Below, in pieces: positions 26,175-40,914 of a stretch of 64,000 nucleotides of DNA. The translations under genes were made by a program, and so were the position numbers. The notes under the pieces were generated by a model that searched no databases, was not told the origin of the DNA, and worked only from the letters and a program-made list of their open reading frames with translations. Each line of letters begins with the position of its first letter. The first letter of the stretch is position 1. The DNA comes from Macrostomum lignano. Taxonomy: Eukaryota. The stretch is from positions 248,001 through 312,000 of the forward strand of contig NIVC01001089.1 of NCBI GenBank assembly GCA_002269645.1. The letters are read 5' to 3'.

Positions 26175-27318
26175 TTTTCGTCAACTGGCGTTTCGTCAAC
26201 TGGCCATTTCGTCAACTCGGTTTTATCACTGGTCGTTTCGTCAACTAGCCAATGAAGCGCGATCTCAAACCTAGCGGTCACTTCGTCAACTGGCCAATAA
26301 ACTACCCCCCCGCAGCCGCAAAAAAAGTAAAACTTAACCCTGAAATGACTAAGTCGACTGGCTAATTAATATTCATGCCCTTCTGCAACATCTGCCGGCT
26401 TTCGATCGATGCGTCTCTGCTATACGCTTGTACATGTACTAGCACAATATAATGCGCTCATGTGTTTGAAACGTGTGCAGCACGACGGGGTTGACATCCC
26501 GTGTTACACATTTGTATATGTTAAATTTTGAATGCAGAAGTTAATTAAGAAGTAGTACATGTAGTTAAGGAGAACCCGGACCAAAGATAACGCTTGAAGT
26601 GGCCGGGTCCTCTATTCGCAAAACATGCAATACATATAGAAAGCATTCCCAATCAAGCCATTACATACATGAATGTATGGTCATGTATGACTGCGCAACA
26701 GGTCGCTTGGACGGAACAGGTCGGCGCGGTGATGCAAAAGCCGCGTTGGTCACTCGCGTAGGCAATCTTGAAGGCGGCGCGCAGCAGGCCAGCGTGCGCC
26801 GCGTCAACTTGTTGCTCGAGCGACTTCATCAGCGTCCAGGTCTTGACGTTGTACAGCAGGACGGTCTCGATCACCGCCTCGCCTGGAACAACGCTGCCCT
26901 CTAGCGGTCAGCTGTACAGTAAGCTGGCCTCGGACTGCAGGACTCCCCAGACTACATGTAAATGTACTGTAGCTCAAGCCAGTAGTGTCGGAACATATTC
27001 CTTGACTAATTTATATTTAGTATATAGTCATATAGATATCTCAGAGTCACCCCAATACTTTGGTCACTTCGTCAACCACCAGTAAAGTCGCCCCAACACT
27101 TTGGTCACTTCGTCAACCACCAGTAAAGTCGCCCCAACACTTTGGTCACTTCGTCAACCACCAGTAAAGTCGCCCCAACACTTTGGTCACTTCGTCAACC
27201 ACCAGTAAAGTCGCCCCAACACTTTGGTCACTTCGTCAACCACCAGTAAAGTCGCCCCAACACTTTGGTCACTTCGTCAACCGAGTTGATGAAACGCCAG
27301 TTGACGAAATGACCATCA
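26175..27318. mobile_element. Inverted-repeat element with (tttcgtcaac) subterminal motifs enclosing a LINE fragment and a 41-bp tandem array
   Basis: tttcgtcaactggcgtttc.tcaact inverted at 26176-26220 versus 27283-27310. Direct repeat cctatagtc at 26166-26174 and 27319-27327. 41-bp unit ccccaacactttggtcacttcgtcaaccaccagtaaagtcg, ~5.5 copies at 27050-27282. Confidence 0.6.
26690..26945 (-). pseudogene. Degenerate non-LTR retrotransposon (LINE) ORF2 C-terminal fragment
   Basis: With frameshifts and a stop it reads DR*RAALFQA/VIETVLLYNVKTWTLMKSLEQQVDAAHAGLLRAAFKI/RVTNAA/HRADLFRPSDLLR. This is the post-RT '(T)VLLYxxETWTL' region typical of RTE-like LINEs. Confidence 0.8.
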
Positions 27319-29074
27319 CCTATAGTCAAGGAATGGCCTATATATATATTGTATGATATGATGATACTATTAGTATCAATTTTAATGTAGGCCTAGGTAA
27401 ACGCCACTTTCTAAACTATGGATAGGATTTTAATTTGAAAATAAATTTCTTGATTTTACCAAATAATAGTAGGGCCTAATTGCCAATGCCATGGGCAATG
27501 AACAGTGGCGGATTTAGGGGAGAGGGCGCTATTTTCTTTATAGAGACCGTTAACATAGTATAAGTATTAGTAGTAGTAGTAGTAGTTCGGCTAAGGCAAA
27601 TAGACTGTTTGGCCAGTATAAGTATAAGTCAAGTCAATGTATTTAATAATAATTCAAAAAATCAAAAGGAGCGAGGGGACGTTAACATAACATTAATTTT
27701 CATCCTAATTTAAATATGCCACGGATTCTACAAAGTTTTCAATGGTTTAAACAAATTTATTGTGCAGATAGGCATCCCAGATAAAATCTCATGCTCTTCT
27801 GGTTGAGTAATTTTTGTAGTAGCTGAGTGGTCTCGGACAATAAACCGCTTGTTTAAATGACTTGCAATCTGATTTAATGCAAACTTGCTGAGGGCAATGA
27901 TCGAAGTCGCAATAACATGCAAACCAGTTTTTTATATCCGAGTCACCGAGTGCGCTTTGTCCGGTAAGCTATACTATTAGTAGTAGATCTAAGCCGCCAT
28001 ATCGCGGTATCCTGGAGAAGAGTCACCTTGAGTCCGAATACCGCCGCGGCCATCCAAGCCTTGCAAATTGATTGATTTGATTAAAGCCAAAATCGAAATT
28101 AAAATCTATGGACGTGAAAGTCACAGAAGTAGAATTAGAAAATCAATGTATTTTCTTAATTATTATACCCCTGTCTTCATTTGGCGTAAGCATCATGCAG
28201 CTATATTATACGAAGTATTACTGTGTACATTTTATAGCGTACGCTTACCAAACTGCAAACGAAGTAATGATCGATTTACATGTATAATTCTCTACGTAAA
28301 TGTGTATGTACATAGCTGCATGAGTATTCCTAAATTGCGCACAGTGAAAATGCATAGTAAACTGTAGTTAACCATAATAATCAAAATAATATCGATCGAA
28401 GTACATGTATGCATAGGATTGGTATGTACAGCTATATGTCGAGTGTATGCATGTGTATATTTTTTACTGGCCACCAATTCAAACAGCTATCAACAACGCG
28501 GTAAACATATATGCCTGGGTACAGTTGCAGTTTGCGCCACTGCAGGGATGGCACAATTTTTTACCGCGGCCAGCGCGGGCAAAATGTCAGATAAAGCTGC
28601 ACGAGAGTGTACAGCGCAGGATGCTGGATGCATAGATTTTCGGAGGGAAAGGGAGAAAAATCCAACCGTATATACATTGCCTTTTTGCCTTATAGAGTGA
28701 TTTGGCTAAACCAGTGGTAACTGGAATTCTAGCTTTCACTTTGTACGCTGTGCGCACGTCCATGCATAGTAGTCTACAGCAATTGCATTTCAGACCTCTG
28801 CGTAGAACAGCCGGATCTGCGCGGTCTTCCCAAAGAGGGAAAGCGAAAGAAATCCAAAAATTGGAGCAAGAGGAGAAACGCGTGACGGACGGGCACGCAT
28901 CGCCAGCATACGAAGCTGACCTTGTAGTGACCGAACGGGACTGTCTTTTGGTCAGGCTTAACAGCACGTACTTTTATTGTTGTTTACAGACTACCTAGTG
29001 TACGAAGTATTAATATGTAAATACAAGTTCATAAGATATCGATATTAAAAAAATATTACTATGAGCTAAGGAAG

Positions 29075-32000
29075 ATAGACAGAGATTAGGAAGATAAACT
29101 CGGATCAAGATGATAGACACTGAGATTAACTGATAAACACTGAGATTAAGATGATAGACACTGAGATTAACTGATAAACACTGAGATTAAGATGATAGAC
29201 ACTGAGATTAAGATGATAGACACTGAGATTAAGATGATAGACACTGAGATTAACTGACATTAGATGATAGACACTGAGATTAACTGATAAACACTGAGAT
29301 TAAGATGATAGACACTGAGATTAAGATGATAGACACTGAGATTAACTGACATTAGATGATAGACACTGAGATTAACTGATAAACACTGAGATCAAGATGA
29401 TAGACACTGAGATTAACTGATAAACACTGAGATTAAGATGATAGACACTGAGATTAAGATGATAGACACTGAGATTAACTGATAAACACTGAGATTAAGA
29501 TGATAGACACTGAGATTAAGATGATAGACACTGAGATTAACTGATAAACACTGAGATTAAGATGATAGACACTGAGATTAAGATGATAGACACTGAGATT
29601 AAGATGATAGACACTGAGATTAACTGATAAACACTGAGATTAAGATGATAGACACTGAGATTAACTGACATTAGATGATAGACACTGAGATTAACTGACA
29701 TTAGATGATAGACACTGAGATTAACTGAGATTAGATGATAGACACTGAGATTAACTGAGATTAAGATGATAGACACTGAGATTAACTGAGATTAGATGAT
29801 TGACACTGAGATTAACTGAGATTAGATGATTGACACTGAGATTAACTGAGATTAGATGATAGACACTGAGATTAACTGACATTAGATGATAGACACTGAG
29901 ATTAACTGAGATTAGATGATAGACACTGAGATTAACTGAGATTACGATGATAGACACTGAGATTAACTGAGATTAGATGATAGACACTGAGATTAACTGA
30001 GATTACGATGATAGACACTGAGATTAACTGAGATTAGATGATAGACACTGAGATTAACTGAGATTAGATGATAGACACTGAGATTAACTGAGATTAAGAT
30101 GATAGACACTGAGATTAACTGAGATTAGATGATAGACACTGAGATTAACTGAGATTAGATGATAGACACTGAGATTAACTGACATTAGATGATAGACACT
30201 GAGATTAACTGAGATTAGATGATAGACACTGAGATTAACTGACATTAGATGATAGACACTGAGATTAACTGAGATTAGATGATAGACACTGAGATTAACT
30301 GAGATTAGATGATAGACACTGAGATTAACTGACATTAGATGATAGACACTGAGATTAACTGACATTAGATGATAGACACTGAGATTAACTGAGATAAGAT
30401 ATAAATAGACACTGAGATTAACTGACATTAGATGATAGACACTGAGATTAACTGACATTAGATGATAGACACTGAGATTAACTGAGATTAGATGATAGAC
30501 ACTGAGATTAACTGAGATTAAGATGATAGACACTGAGATTAACTGAGATTAGATGATAGACACTGAGATTAACTGAGATTAAGATGATAGACACTGAGAT
30601 TAACTGAGATTAGATGATAGACACTGAGATTAACTGAGATTAAGATGATAGACACTGAGATTAACTGAGATTAAGATGATAGACACTGAGATTAACTGAG
30701 ATTACGATGATAGACACTGAGATTAACTGAGATTAAGATGATAGACACTGAGATTAACTGAGATTAGATGATAGACACTGAGATTAACTGACATTAGATG
30801 ATAGACACTGAGATTAACTGACATTAGATGATAGACACTGAGATTAACTGAGATTAGATGATAGACACTGAGATTAACTGAGATTAAGATGATAGACACT
30901 GAGATTAACTGAGATTAAGATGATAGACACTGAGATTAACTGAGATTAAGATGATAGACACTGAGATTAACTGAGATTAAGATGATAGACACTGAGATTA
31001 ACTGAGATTAGATGATAGACACTGAGATTAACTGAGATTAAGATGATAGACACTGAGATTAACTGAGATTAAGATGATAGACACTGAGATTAACTGAGAT
31101 TAAGATGATAGACACTGAGATTAACTGAGATTAGATGATAGACACTGAGATTAAGTGAGATTAGATGATAGACACTGAGATTAACTGAGATTAGATGATA
31201 GACACTGAGATTAAGTGAGATTAGATGATTGACACTGAGATTAACTGAGATAAGATATAAATAGACACTGAGATTAACTGAGATTAGATGATTGACACTG
31301 AGATTAACTGACATTAGATGATAGACACTGAGATTAACTGAGATTACGATGGTAGACACTGAGATTAACTGAGATTAGATGATAGACACTGAGATTAACT
31401 GAGATTAGATGATAGACACTGAGATTAACTGACATTAGATGATAGACACTGAGATTAACTGAGATTAGATGATAGACACTGAGATTAACTGAGATTACGA
31501 TGGTAGACACTGAGATTAACTGAGATTAGATGATAGACACTGAGATTAACTGACATTAGATGATAGACACTGAGATTAACTGAGATTAGATGATAGACAC
31601 TGAGATTAACTGACATTAGATGATAGACACTAAGATTAACTGACATTAGATGATAGACACTGAGATTAACTGACATTAGATGATAGACACTGAGATTAAC
31701 TGAGATAAGATATAAATAGACACTGAGATTAACTGACATTAGATGATAGACACTGAGATTAACTGAGATTAGATGATAGACACTGAGATTAACTGAGATT
31801 AAGATGATAGACACTGAGATTAACTGAGATTAGATGATAGACACTGAGATTAACTGAGATTAGATGATAGACACTGAGATTAACTGACATTAGATGATAG
31901 ACACTGAGATTAACTGACATTAGATGATAGACACTGAGATTAACTGAGATTAAGATGATAGACACTGAGATTAACTGACATTAGATGATAGACACTGAGA

Positions 32001-33090
32001 TTAACTGAGATTAAGATGATAGACACTGAGATTAACTGAGATTAGATGATAGACACTGAGATTAACTGAGATTAGATGATTGACACTGAGATTAACTGAG
32101 ATTAGATGATAGACACTGAGATTAACTGAGATTAGATGATAGACACTGAGATTAACTGAGATTAGATGATAGACACTGAGATTAACTGACATTAGATGAT
32201 AGACACTGAGATTAAGTGAGATTAGATGATAGACACTTAGATTAAGTGAGATTAAGATGATAGACACTGAGATTAACTGAGATTAAGATGATAGACACTG
32301 AGATTAACTGAGATTAGATGATAGACACTGAGATTAACTGAGATTACGATGATAGACACTGAGATTAACTGAGATTAGATGATAGACACTGAGATTAACT
32401 GAGATTAAGATGATAGACACTGAGATTAACTGAGATTAGATGATAGACACTGAGATTAACTGAGATTAGATGATAGACACTGAGATTAACTGACATTAGA
32501 TGATAGACACTGAGATTAACTGACATTAGATGATAGACACTGAGATTAACTGAGATTAGATGATTGACACTGAGATTAACTGAGATTAGATGATAGACAC
32601 TGAGATTAACTGACATTAGATGATAGACACTGAGATTAACTGACATTAGATGATAGACACTGAGATTAACTGACATTAGATGATAGACACTGAGATTAAC
32701 TGAGATTAGATGATAGACACTGAGATTAACTGAGATTAGATGATTGACACTGAGATTAACTGAGATTAGATGATTGACACTGAGATTAACTGAGATTAGA
32801 TGATAGACACTGAGATTAACTGACATTAGATGATAGACACTGAGATTAACTGACATTAGATGATAGACACTGAGATTAACTGACATTAGATGATAGACAC
32901 TGAGATTAACTGACATTAGATGATAGACACTGAGATTAACTGACATTAGATGATAGACACTGAGATTAACTGAGATTAGATGATAGACACTGAGATTAAC
33001 TGAGATTAAGATGATAGACACTGAGATTAACTGAGATTAGATGGTAGACACTGAGATTAACTGAGATAAAGATATAAATAGACAATGAGA
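29075..33090. repeat. ~4-kb satellite, 30/31-bp unit (20-21-bp subunits at the left end), ~130 copies, 3' of GAPDH
   Basis: Unit gatgatagacactgagattaactgagatta. Confidence 0.97.
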
Positions 33091-33692
33091 TTAAGATGAT
33101 ACAGCCACTGAAAAGCGGAGACAGGAGGCAACATATTACACAGGGAAAACCTTAAATATAAATAAGCAAAGTCTATTGCCAAACAAGTTCTCTTAATACT
33201 TCTAATAGTTATATGCGTTCTGGGTGAGAGACAAAGTCTGCTTTTTTCGAAGCTGTTAATATATTTCAAAGAGATATTATTTGATTGCTCTGCAAAGTAA
33301 AAGTAAACACAGCAACAAGTCTTTGTTGTCAGAGAAAACTATATTGAGTAGGCGGATGTTGCTAACAATGTTGCTACGCGGGTGCAAACTAATTTAATAA
33401 CTCTGTGCAGGTGAAAAAAGAGAGAAACGAACGACAATGGGTTGAAGTTTATCACACCGGATTAGTCTGACTATAAATAAAATAATATAATTGCTGAACT
33501 AGAAAAGAAAAGCGTTCCTACAAGATTGTTGACTAGAGATATTATAGTAACTCTACATGTGGATATTATCAATACTATGATTGATTGGGTAATAAAGTGT
33601 TTTAAACAACTATCTGAAACTGCTAACTAGTACTATAATTAGATTAGTTTTATAGAGTCAGTCTGAGTCTCTCGAGATCTTTCACTCGATCT

Positions 33693-35740
<2,048 letters not shown>

Positions 35741-37494
35741 TTATTTGTGTTTTATAAGTTTTATACTTAGAGCAAAAGTTAGATAAAGATTGCTAGACAA
35801 AGAGCATGCATTTAAATTATTAAAGTTGAAGGTTTTAAATTACGATAATTTGTATTGGTATCAACATAGAGCATATTTTATTTATGAGATTTTGCTACAT
35901 ATATATCAGAAAGATAAACAAAAAGTCAAACTATTTTTATTTTGTTTTACTATAGACATTTCACTAATAATAGGAATGTCACACCTATTACCATTATATA
36001 GCAACTTACTTTTGCTAAGCTAAAATTGTGCTAGACATTTTGGCATAAACTAGACAATCTCTATCTAGTTTGGTATTCATTTTCTTTGTTAATTAATATA
36101 TGAAAGCCATCATATGTACAACTGGCTTTTTAAACACAAATTTAAGAGGCCAAATTTAAAACCAAGTTGCCAGTTGGTGTTGTCAAAAATTAAAATAAAA
36201 TACCAAAATCTCTACTAGAGACTAGTTTATATAGAAAATTTGTCTCTAGGAGCCATTTTGTCTAGTAGGTTACATTTTCTAATCTGCATGACTTAAAATT
36301 TAAGAGAGAATCAAATATAGTTATACTATAGCATTTATGCAAAAATGAGCATTTACACAAATAGAAACACTTAGTTTTAACAAGGAGACAAAGCTAGACA
36401 AGCTAGACAATGTTGTAAAAGCGACAATGCTAATTCATAAATTTTAGAAATAGCTCTATTAGCCCAAAATCAAAGACCTATTAGGATATTATTTTTTGTT
36501 AAAGATAGACACTTGACCAGCCTAGTCAATAATATGTTTACTAGAATTATTCGATCAAAACTAGGGCCCAATTTGTAAATAAATATTTATTTTAATTTTT
36601 GTAAAATTCGCTTAAGCACAAAATATCTCAAAACATTGCAGTGCATCAATGCATCATGACAAGAAAATAACAAGCATAAAGGATCGAATGAATTCTTCTT
36701 ATTTGCGTTTTTTATATACTAATATAGCTTGTTCGAGTTGAGATGATAAATCTTTACTCTATGCCTGGCTACTTCATTTTTAAATTGAAAATCATGCGAC
36801 TAGATACTAGATAGACGAAGTACAGGCTACTATCATCATGATTGGCCAATTTATTTTTTTTGATTCATGATTGATTTACAATAGGTTTATTCTAATCAGA
36901 ATCACTCTGATAGCACAAAGCTTCTCACCAATATTATTGCAATCAATCTTGCAGCTGCCTATTCTATTCTGTATCGCTCGCTCGTACAACACGTCCACGG
37001 TCCAACTCTCCATGAATAAGCGCGAAATAAATTTTTACTTTTAAATTGATGTTCGAATCTTTATCACGATGAGTATATCAAATTTAAGCAGTCCTAATAT
37101 TATTGCTGATGAACCAACTTAGGCTTTGAAATTTCTTTACAGAAAAAATCTAAGGTGAAATATGCTAAGCCTAAGTCTGCATATCTAACTAGTGAAGCTG
37201 AATAATAAACGCAAGCGTACACGCAGCTTATAAAATGTTACATGGAAATGCTTTTTTACCATGCATCTCGACCATAGATAGTTTATTACTGTTTATACTA
37301 GTATTTGATCTTAACAAGAAAAATTCTTATAGATTATGCGTTAAGTAGTTGATAATGTACAACTGTTGTAGCGGTGATCAGACTACAATCTGCTCTATAA
37401 TTTATTATCTATGGCAATTGGCAATTAATTGTCTGCGGTTGTTGGAGCTGCGTCTATATAGTAGATACGTTAAGCTGTCAGCCGCACATATTAC

Positions 37495-39093
37495 TCATTT
37501 TAGCGCCGCAGGCACTCATTTTAGCGCCCAGGCACGATCATTTTAGCGCCACAGGCACTCATTTAAGCGCCGCAGGCACTCATTTTGGTGCGGCAGGTGC
37601 TATATTTTAGCGCCCTGAAGCAAAATTACATTGATTTCCACAACGGGTCACAAGATTATATATTCAAAATATTTCTCTAAACCTTGCCTACTTTGTTGCT
37701 TTTCGAATTTTACAGGGCTTAAAATTTAAAAACTTTTCTTTATTCTTTATAGCTATTGATGGAATAGATCTACCGATATGTAGCGTAAATAATTTTACAC
37801 ACTGCACGATTAGCATGCTTCTGTTTTTACAAGCATACGTTAGTACGTACTGCTTTACAGCAGTCTCCATCTGTTTCTGTCTCCCTCACCCTAACTGTCT
37901 CCCTCACCCTAACTGTCTCCCTCACCCTTCCTGTCTCCCTCACCCTCTGTCTCCCTCACCCTTCCTGTCTCCCTCAACCTTCCTGTCTCCCTCACCCTCC
38001 CTGTCTCCCTCACCCTCCATCTCCCTCAACCCTCCCTGTCTCCCTCACCCTCCCTGTCTCCCTCACCCTCTGTCTCCCTCACCCTCCATCTCCCTCAACC
38101 CTCCCTGTCTCCCTCACCCTCTGTCTCCCTCACCCTTCCTGTCTCCCTCACCCTCTGTCTCCCTCACCCTTCCTGTCTCCCTCAACCTTCCTGTCTCCCT
38201 CACCCTCCCTGTCTCCCTCACCCTCCCTGTCTCCCTCACCCTCCCTGTCTCCCTCACCCTCTGTCTCCCTCACCCTCCATCTCCCTCAACCCTCCCTGTC
38301 TCCCTCACCCTCTGTCTCCCTCACCCTTCCTGTCTCCCTCAACCTTCCTGTCTCCCTCACCCTCTGTCTCCCTCACCCTTCCTGTCTCCCTCACCCTCCT
38401 GTCTCCCTCACCCTCCCTGTCTCCCTCACCCTCCCTGTCTCCCTCAACCCTCCCTGTCTCCCTCACCCTCTGTCTCCCTCACCCTTCCTGTCTCCCTCAA
38501 CCTTCCTGTCTCCCTCACCCTCTGTCTCCCTCACCCTTCCTGTCTCCCTCACCCTCCTGTCTCCCTCACCCTCCCTGTCTCCCTCACCCTCCCTGTCTCC
38601 CTCACCCTCCATCTCCCTCACCCTCTGTCTCCCTCACCCTTCCTGTCTCCCTCAACCTTCCTGTCTCCCTCACCCTCTGTCTCCCTCACCCTTCCTGTCT
38701 CCCTCAACCTTCCTGTCTCCCTCAACCTTCCTGTCTCCCTCACCCTCCCTGTCTCCCTCACCCTCCCTGTCTCCCTCACCCTCCCTGTCTCCCTCACCCT
38801 CCCTGTCTCCCTCACCCTCCCTGTCTCCCTCACCCTCGCTGTCTCCCTCACCCTCCCTGTCTCCCTCACCCTCCCTGTCTCTATACAGAGTGCATGCACT
38901 AGACTGACGCCAGCAAATCACTGTGCACCCTGTGTAAGCCATGTCCACGCGCAGGCTTATTGCTTGTACTGGCAAACAACAGACCAGCCTCACCTTAATG
39001 ACTGCCCGTTTGCACGGGTCACAAGAGGTGGGGTAGAGGTGGGAGGGGGGACATTCTCCTTGCCCCCCTTCTCCCTCGGTGTCGCCGCGCCTG
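37495..39093 (-). mobile_element. Reverse-oriented remnant of the 5555-6166 hAT MITE family, split by a 1.36-kb insertion
   Basis: 37495-37655 is the reverse complement of the family array and its flank (5640-5720). 39027-39093 resumes with gggggacat..tcc..tg.ccccc..gtcgccgcgcctg, a degenerate reverse complement of the left end. Confidence 0.65.
37656..39015. repeat. Segmental copy of a copine intron segment plus the exon 3' end (source ~46374-47340)
   Basis: Unique flanks align (tagctattgatggaatagatctaccgatatgtagcg...; gccatgtccacgcgcaggcttattgcttgtac.ggcaaacaacagaccagcctcacct.aatgactgcccgtttgcac). Both copies contain an 18-bp ctccctcaccctccctgt array. Confidence 0.92.
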
Positions 39094-39185
39094 CCTGCAG
39101 AGGGGACTGATCAGTTGATGCACAGGTTGCGCGCGGTATATTATTGCTGCTGTTGAATTTAACTGCAAATCCCCATGTGCATTTC

Positions 39186-39622
39186 GGGTTGTACCTCTCA
39201 TTTCGCCGATTCTCGTTTCGCCGACAATCTACATTTCGCCGATTCTCGTTTCGCCGACAATCTACATTTCGCCGATTCTCGTTTCGCCGACAATCTACAT
39301 TTCGCCGATTCTCGTTTCGCCGACAATCTCACTTCACCGATTCTCGTTTCGCCGAAATTAATTTCATAACCATCTGGACATTAGACCATAGACAACTACA
39401 CTAATGCAAGTGTGATTTAGATGTCTATGACTTAAAAAATAAAGTTAAAATTAAGAATTCTTCCTTCTGCATAGTCTGATCTTGCAGAGACACTACTTGA
39501 ATTAGTGTAGTTGTCTATGGTCTAAATAAAACGAGAATCGGCGATATGAGAATTTCGGCGAACCGAGATTCGGCAAAATGAGATTCGGCAAAACGAGAAT
39601 CAGCGAAATGAGAGAGGTACCC
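39186..39622. mobile_element. Mutator-type (MULE) MITE, 437 bp
   Basis: gggt...accc termini, inverted (atttcgccgattctcgtttcgccga) subterminal repeats, and exact 9-bp TSD gtgcatttc at 39177-39185 and 39623-39631. Confidence 0.9.
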
Positions 39623-40134
39623 GTGCATTTCTGTTGATCTTTTAATTATTAATGATATGAAGTAGCTCTTCACTGACTAAATGGATTGCTATAATAGTTG
39701 CAAGCTACTGATTGTTGCTACAGCAATTTATATGGTTGGCAAAATCTGAGAGCCCAGAGAGGAAAGCTGCTGGCATGGTGGCCAAGGAGATCTCGATCAG
39801 AACCGGAACCTGCAGTGCTGCAATTAATATACTCTCTTCCAAACGCGGCTGTCCATTTTTAGACAACTGCATGTACATGTAGGCCGAATGTATTATAAGA
39901 CTCTCGATGGGACGTTAAAAAAATTAAAATAATGTCCTAGAGATGCAGTAAAACGAAGCCTCGAAAGTATGCCTTTGTACATACATGTATAGTGTGCTTT
40001 TTAGAAGGGTTTTTTGGCCACATTATTTAGAAGGCACTTTCGATCTTGTCACCCCAAGCGAGAAGATGGAAGGATTTGGTGTTTTACAAGTTGATTTTGT
40101 TTTTATTGAATAATGATAGTGTTCTAATACGCAT

Positions 40135-40350
40135 GTAGCGGTTGTAGCCAAGTGGTTTGAGCATCTAAGGCTAGGTCGTCTAGAGGTTAGGTCGGGGTTT
40201 TGATTCTCGACCCATTTGGAACAATTTGTTGTCCTTGAGCAAAGAAATTACTCGTAAGACCTTAAATTCTGCATTGCTTCAGTTCACTCAGCTGTAAAAT
40301 GGGTGCCAGCATTATAGCAGGGGAAATTGAGGGTGTGGCGACCCCCCAGT
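40135..40350 (+). mobile_element. Possible tRNA-derived SINE remnant
   Basis: A-box-like tagccaagtgg (40145-40155), degenerate B-box-like ggttttgattctc, then gtccttgagcaa... and cactcagctgtaaaatgggtgcc, resembling conserved SINE body motifs as I recall them. Confidence 0.5.
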
Positions 40351-40523
40351 CCTTGGACTGAACAGCCGTACGCAGCCTTCAGATGCGCCGCGCAATAGCT
40401 GCGGCTGAGCTGTCGGTTGCACGTCTGCCTGTAGGACAGGTGTAAAGCATAAAAGTGAATACACTGTGTTGGATAAGTCGCCTATGTTTACAAGTATCTT
40501 GGATTATCAATGCGAACTTACAG

Positions 40524-40914
40524 ACGCTGTTAGACTGAGCACCGCAGGCTGCAACCAAAGCTCTATCCTGGATGACCGGTGGTGCATGAACACCATCGAT
40601 GGGAGCCGATCGCAGTCCGGGATGCAGTGCAGCACCACGGACATTGGCCCAGACCAGTGGTGGGAGGCCCAGCTGTCCAAAAAGCTTCCTTGGCTGAGTA
40701 CGTTACTATTTACAACAGGCAAGACTGCTGCACCGAATATTTGAACACCTTCTCGATGCTTGTGGACGACTTCGAGTGCAACCGAGTGAATTTGACCGAA
40801 CCATTCCAAGAGGCCAACTTCAGCTGCAACGCTTTCGGTAGCAAGTTTCGAGTTCTCATGTTTGAGCCTCGGCATCTCACTCTGTGCAAAGTGGAGTTGT
40901 ACGGGCATCAGTGA
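40524..40914 (+). pseudogene. Divergent F-type-lectin/F5-8-type C domain exon with a 1-nt frameshift (pseudogene or assembly error)
   Basis: Acceptor cttacag (phase 1), then DAVRLSTAGCNQSS...CMNTIDGS...CSTT...WWEAQLSKK, frameshift at A5 (40679-40683), then ASLAEYVTIYNRQDCC...LTLCKVELYGHQ*. One extra A makes a single 131-codon frame. Confidence 0.75.

Noticed and set aside
27050-27282. CRISPR-like appearance of regular repeats here and elsewhere
   Set aside because: The units are head-to-tail with no unique spacers, there are no cas genes, and the context is eukaryotic.
29537-33021. (YHLISVNLSV)n ORFs
   Set aside because: Satellite translation.
37815-39110. 431-aa ORF (and the 476-aa ORF at 46522-47952 and the 384-aa ORF at 43852-45006)
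   Set aside because: These are read-throughs of minisatellites. Only the ends of 43852-45006 are real copine exons.
39686-39755. Candidate signal-peptide exon (MDCYNSCKLLIVATAIYMVG) for the orphan FTLD
   Set aside because: No convincing phase-1 donor found, and the hydrophobic core is weak.
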